NCBI GenBank assembly: GCA_016839705.1
Contig: JAEOTR010000044.1
Coordinates: 33,874-97,873 of the forward strand
Length of the DNA: 64,000 bases
Direction of reading: 5' to 3'
From: Promethearchaeota archaeon
Lineage (GTDB): Archaea > Asgardarchaeota > Lokiarchaeia > Sigyniarchaeales > SOKP01
A program made the translations under genes and the position numbers. The notes beneath the pieces are model-generated. The model was not told the origin of the DNA, ran no database searches, and worked only from the letters and a program-made list of their open reading frames with translations. Shown piece after piece: positions 60,698 through 64,000 of the stretch (positions are counted from its first letter, which is position 1; each line of letters opens with the position of its first letter).

Positions 60698-60836
60698 GTA
60701 CAAAAGTCTTTTAAGGAAACTTTTCTTCCTCTTTTTTAATCCATAAACTGCAAAATGTAACATTATGTCCCTATTAGTCCCAAAAGAATTAGTTCAAGCA
60801 AGGGAGCTTATGGATCAAGCCAAATTTGATGAAGCA
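60698..60836 (+). repeat. Direct repeat copy 1 (upstream region + first 24 codons of TPR gene)
   Basis: Matches 62883-63021. The 72 nt from the ATG are identical. Confidence 0.85.
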
Positions 60837-62834
60837 CTTGAAATCATCGAACAGTTTGAAAATAGTGAATCCCTCCAAGCTGAAGATCGACTCTCCGCTT
60901 CTTTTTTAAAGCAAAAGATATATAACTACAATCAACAATATGGTAAAAGTCTAGAGATTTCCGATTATGCTTATCAAATCAGCCAGAATCTTGAGTTGGA
61001 ACCTGAATCTATTAGAGCACTCATCGGGAAAGCCTCAATAGTATTCTTAGGTGACTTTGATAAGGCAGATGCTCATATTAGAGAAGCTGAAAGAAGAATG
61101 AAAAATATTTCAGAAGATCCTTCCATAAATATACTTAGAAGAGATCTGTTATTAATAAAATCTTGGAACTTATTTCTTAAACTCAATCTCAAAGGAGCAG
61201 CAGAACTTGCCAAAGAATGTCTTAACTCAACTAAAGAAATTGGTAATAACTTAGATCTTGCTAATATTTACTTCTTATTAGGATACATAAACTCATTTCA
61301 AGAAAAAAGCATAGCTCTCAAATATGCAATGATGAGTTTAGAGCTCAATCAAGAGTTTGAACATTTAGTTGCACTCGCAGGGAATTACTCCCTAATCGGG
61401 TTTATATATTATCGAGAGGGAAAGTATGATCTAGCTTTAGAAAACTGCAATAAGAGTCTTTCGATTAAGGAAGGCGATAAATCTGCTAAAATCAGTGCAT
61501 TACAGACTTTATCTGCTATTTATTATATGAAAGGTAAATTGAATCGGACTTTAAAGTATCTAAAGCAAGCTTCAGAACTAGCAGAAGAATTAAAGAATCC
61601 TTTTCAGTTAATCCGTATCTTAATTGAGTTGGCTTATTACAACAATATCCTTGGTAATACTGATTTGGCGATAGAATTAAGTGAACGAAGTATCAATCTT
61701 TCTGAAAAATGGGGTTTGATCTTTTTTATGGCCGAATCACTTACACAACTAATTGGTATTTATTTATTTAAAAATTCTCTTGATAAAGCTAATCGGTACT
61801 TCTCTCGATTATCTGAATTATATAATCAAACTTTGGATCAAGGAGTTGTTGATATATCCTTTTATTATTTTACTTCAAAAGCATTTTTGCTAAGTCAAAG
61901 CACAAGAATGCGCGATCGCGTAGAAGCCCAAACATCAATTAAAAAGGTTATGAATTCTCCCCTTATAGATGAAGGGGGATTAATTATAGGTTTGGGTCTT
62001 TTAAGTTACCTTTTATTGGAAGAGTTTTCGGTTTATAATGATCCAGATATATTAGATGAGTTAAATCCATATATTAGTGAGATGCTAAACAGGGCAGAAA
62101 GGGTACACAATTATAATTGGTTAGCTCAAACCAAATTATTGCAGGGTAAATTAGCATTAATTCGAATGAATATCAAAGAGGCGAGGAAATTAATGCTAGA
62201 AGCCCAACGTGTTGCAGAGTTACATGGCCTCAAGCATTTAGCATCAAGGATTTCAGTAGAACATGATAAGATACTCGAACAAGAAGATCTTTGGGATATA
62301 CTTGAAGAAAAGAAAGCTTCAATGGCAGAACGCATAAAATTAGCATCAATTGATAACCTATTAGAACATCTACAAGGAAGACGTGCTATAGAACCACCAA
62401 AATTGACTCATGAGATTCCAGTTATGATTTTAATTATAGCCGAAGGTGGAATTCCCGCATTCTCTTACTTATTTTCCCAAGAATTATCCTTTGAGGATGA
62501 TATGATTAGTAATTTTCTTTCTGCTTTTAATTCCTTTAGTCAGGAACTATTTTCAGAAGGTCTAGATCGTGCAAGGTTTGGAAAATTTACGTTAATAATG
62601 GCTTCCGTCGGACCCTTTTCTGCTTGTTATTTATTTAGGGGTCAATCTTACCTTGCAAGGGAAAAATTAATTCAATTTGTTAATAACATACAAAACACAG
62701 CTTCAATTTGGCGCATATTTGAAGATTTCTATAAACATCATCAAGCAATCGTATTAAATGAGAATCCTCCTCTAAAATCACTATTAACACAAATATTTAT
62801 AAAAGAAATTGATGAAATCTCAACCAAATCATAG
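60765..62834 (+). CDS. TPR-repeat protein with C-terminal longin-like domain
   Basis: Multiple TPR-like helix pairs, then PVMILIIAEGGIPAFSYLF..FLSAFNSFSQELFSEGLDRARFG..CYLFRGQSYLA. Confidence 0.85.
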   Translation: MSLLVPKELVQARELMDQAKFDEALEIIEQFENSESLQAEDRLSASFLKQKIYNYNQQYGKSLEISDYAYQISQNLELEPESIRALIGKASIVFLGDFDKADAHIREAERRMKNISEDPSINILRRDLLLIKSWNLFLKLNLKGAAELAKECLNSTKEIGNNLDLANIYFLLGYINSFQEKSIALKYAMMSLELNQEFEHLVALAGNYSLIGFIYYREGKYDLALENCNKSLSIKEGDKSAKISALQTLSAIYYMKGKLNRTLKYLKQASELAEELKNPFQLIRILIELAYYNNILGNTDLAIELSERSINLSEKWGLIFFMAESLTQLIGIYLFKNSLDKANRYFSRLSELYNQTLDQGVVDISFYYFTSKAFLLSQSTRMRDRVEAQTSIKKVMNSPLIDEGGLIIGLGLLSYLLLEEFSVYNDPDILDELNPYISEMLNRAERVHNYNWLAQTKLLQGKLALIRMNIKEARKLMLEAQRVAELHGLKHLASRISVEHDKILEQEDLWDILEEKKASMAERIKLASIDNLLEHLQGRRAIEPPKLTHEIPVMILIIAEGGIPAFSYLFSQELSFEDDMISNFLSAFNSFSQELFSEGLDRARFGKFTLIMASVGPFSACYLFRGQSYLAREKLIQFVNNIQNTASIWRIFEDFYKHHQAIVLNENPPLKSLLTQIFIKEIDEISTKS

Positions 62835-62882
62835 TGTATACTTAGTATGCAATTTGATATGTTTTATGAATATGCTGTTTAA

Positions 62883-63021
62883 GTACCAAAGGCTTTTAAG
62901 GAAACCCTTCTTCCTTATTTTTAATCCATAAACAGCATATTGTGAAATCATGTCCCTATTAGTCCCAAAAGAATTAGTTCAAGCAAGGGAGCTTATGGAT
63001 CAAGCCAAATTTGATGAAGCA
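62883..63021 (+). repeat. Direct repeat copy 2
   Basis: Matches 60698-60836. Confidence 0.85.
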
Positions 63022-64000
63022 ATCGAGATCATTGAACAGTTTGAAAATACTGAATCGCTCTCGTCCGAAGATAAACTCTCTGCACTTTTCATAAAAGGAA
63101 ATGCTTATCTAGCAATGCAACGAACAAGGAAAGCTATACAATCTTTCGATATTGCATATCAAATAAGTCAACATCTTGGATTAGTGCCTGAATCTGTAAG
63201 CACTCTTATCGGAAAAGCGAATATTATATTTCTTGGGGATGTTAATAAAGCTGATTCTTACATTTCAGAAGCCGAAGAAAAATTGAATTCTCTCGCTAAA
63301 GATTCTTCCACACAACCACTTAGAATAAATTTATTGCATATAAAATCATGGATCTTGTTTTTTAAAGGTCTTAATAATGAGGCTGCAGAATTAGCGATGG
63401 AAAGATTGAATTTAATTGAAAAAGAAAAAATTAGAAGTAAATTTGATCTTGCCTCAACCTTTCTCTTATTAGGTTGGATAAATTTCTATCAAGGTAATCG
63501 AATTGATGCTTTAGATTATGCCATGAAGTGTTTAGATCTTAATAAAGAAATTAATAGTCCCGGTGGGATTGCAACTGGTTATGCTCTAACCTCAACTATA
63601 CATCTCTTTGAGGGAAATTATGAAGTAGCTTTAGAGCATTGTAAACAAGGTTTATCAATTAAAAAAATTCCAGTTCGTCCAAAAATTACTCTATTTAGGA
63701 ATTCCGCCGTTATTTTTTATTACAAAAGTGAAATGAATAAAGTTCTGAAGTATCGACAACAAGCAGTCACCCTTGCCGATGAATTAAATATCAAAGATCT
63801 ATTAATCCCAAACTTAAATGATTTAGGTTTCTGTTATAGAGTTATTGGAAACATAAATTTAGCAAAAGAGACTTTTGAACGTGTTTTGATCCTTACTGAA
63901 AAAAAAGGTGCTTTTTATGAGATGACTCGGGCTCTCATGGGATTAATTTGGTTATATATTGGGGAAGGTTCTCGTGAAGAAGCAAATCGATACTTTTCTC
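62950..64000 (+). CDS. TPR-repeat protein, tandem paralogue of 60765-62834 (3' end outside window)
   Basis: ATG 62950 MSLLVPKELVQARELMDQAKFDEAIEIIEQFEN. Appears open to the window end and is absent from the ORF track. Confidence 0.88.
   Translation, partial: MSLLVPKELVQARELMDQAKFDEAIEIIEQFENTESLSSEDKLSALFIKGNAYLAMQRTRKAIQSFDIAYQISQHLGLVPESVSTLIGKANIIFLGDVNKADSYISEAEEKLNSLAKDSSTQPLRINLLHIKSWILFFKGLNNEAAELAMERLNLIEKEKIRSKFDLASTFLLLGWINFYQGNRIDALDYAMKCLDLNKEINSPGGIATGYALTSTIHLFEGNYEVALEHCKQGLSIKKIPVRPKITLFRNSAVIFYYKSEMNKVLKYRQQAVTLADELNIKDLLIPNLNDLGFCYRVIGNINLAKETFERVLILTEKKGAFYEMTRALMGLIWLYIGEGSREEANRYFS

Noticed and set aside
2571-62335. Numerous 60-130 aa ORFs antisense to or nested in larger genes (e.g. 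6424-6660, 9283-9522, 28800-29117, 29415-29798, 37316-37678, 50337-50621)
   Set aside because: Shadow ORFs of well-supported genes, with no motifs of their own.
1-64000. CRISPR arrays, IS elements, rRNA
   Set aside because: I found no regularly spaced short repeats, transposase motifs or GC-rich rRNA-like stretches.

Overview
AT-rich archaeal chromosomal DNA. The gene content points to an Asgard archaeon, most likely Lokiarchaeia (inference): a Roadblock-Rab-like GTPase fusion, many longin/roadblock-like domains, a gelsolin-domain protein, TPR-longin paralogues, a PAC2 chaperone, a tungsten AOR and a non-pyrrolysine MttB. The window holds about 50 CDS and one tRNA-Leu(CAG); I saw no CRISPR array, rRNA or transposase. 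Two RNA-level signals are missed by the ORF track. (1) The 7759..8619 ORF extends upstream through an in-frame UGA (8638-8640), and a eukaryote-type SECIS hairpin (AUGA/GA core, 7681-7752) begins a few nt after its stop codon. This makes it a candidate selenoprotein with no recognisable redox fold. (2) An unannotated dodecin gene (49049-49287, minus) is interrupted by a 32-nt insert that folds into a bulge-helix-bulge-type motif. Cutting at the canonical EndA sites restores a 68-aa frame, so it is a candidate pre-mRNA intron. Also notable are a giant lectin-repeat receptor with a cytoplasmic DENN/longin-like domain, two 7TM-longin proteins, an SDR-QueC fusion, a subtilase with site-1-protease-like architecture and apparent AUA/AUU start codons. 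All family calls come from motif recognition by eye, not from database searches.
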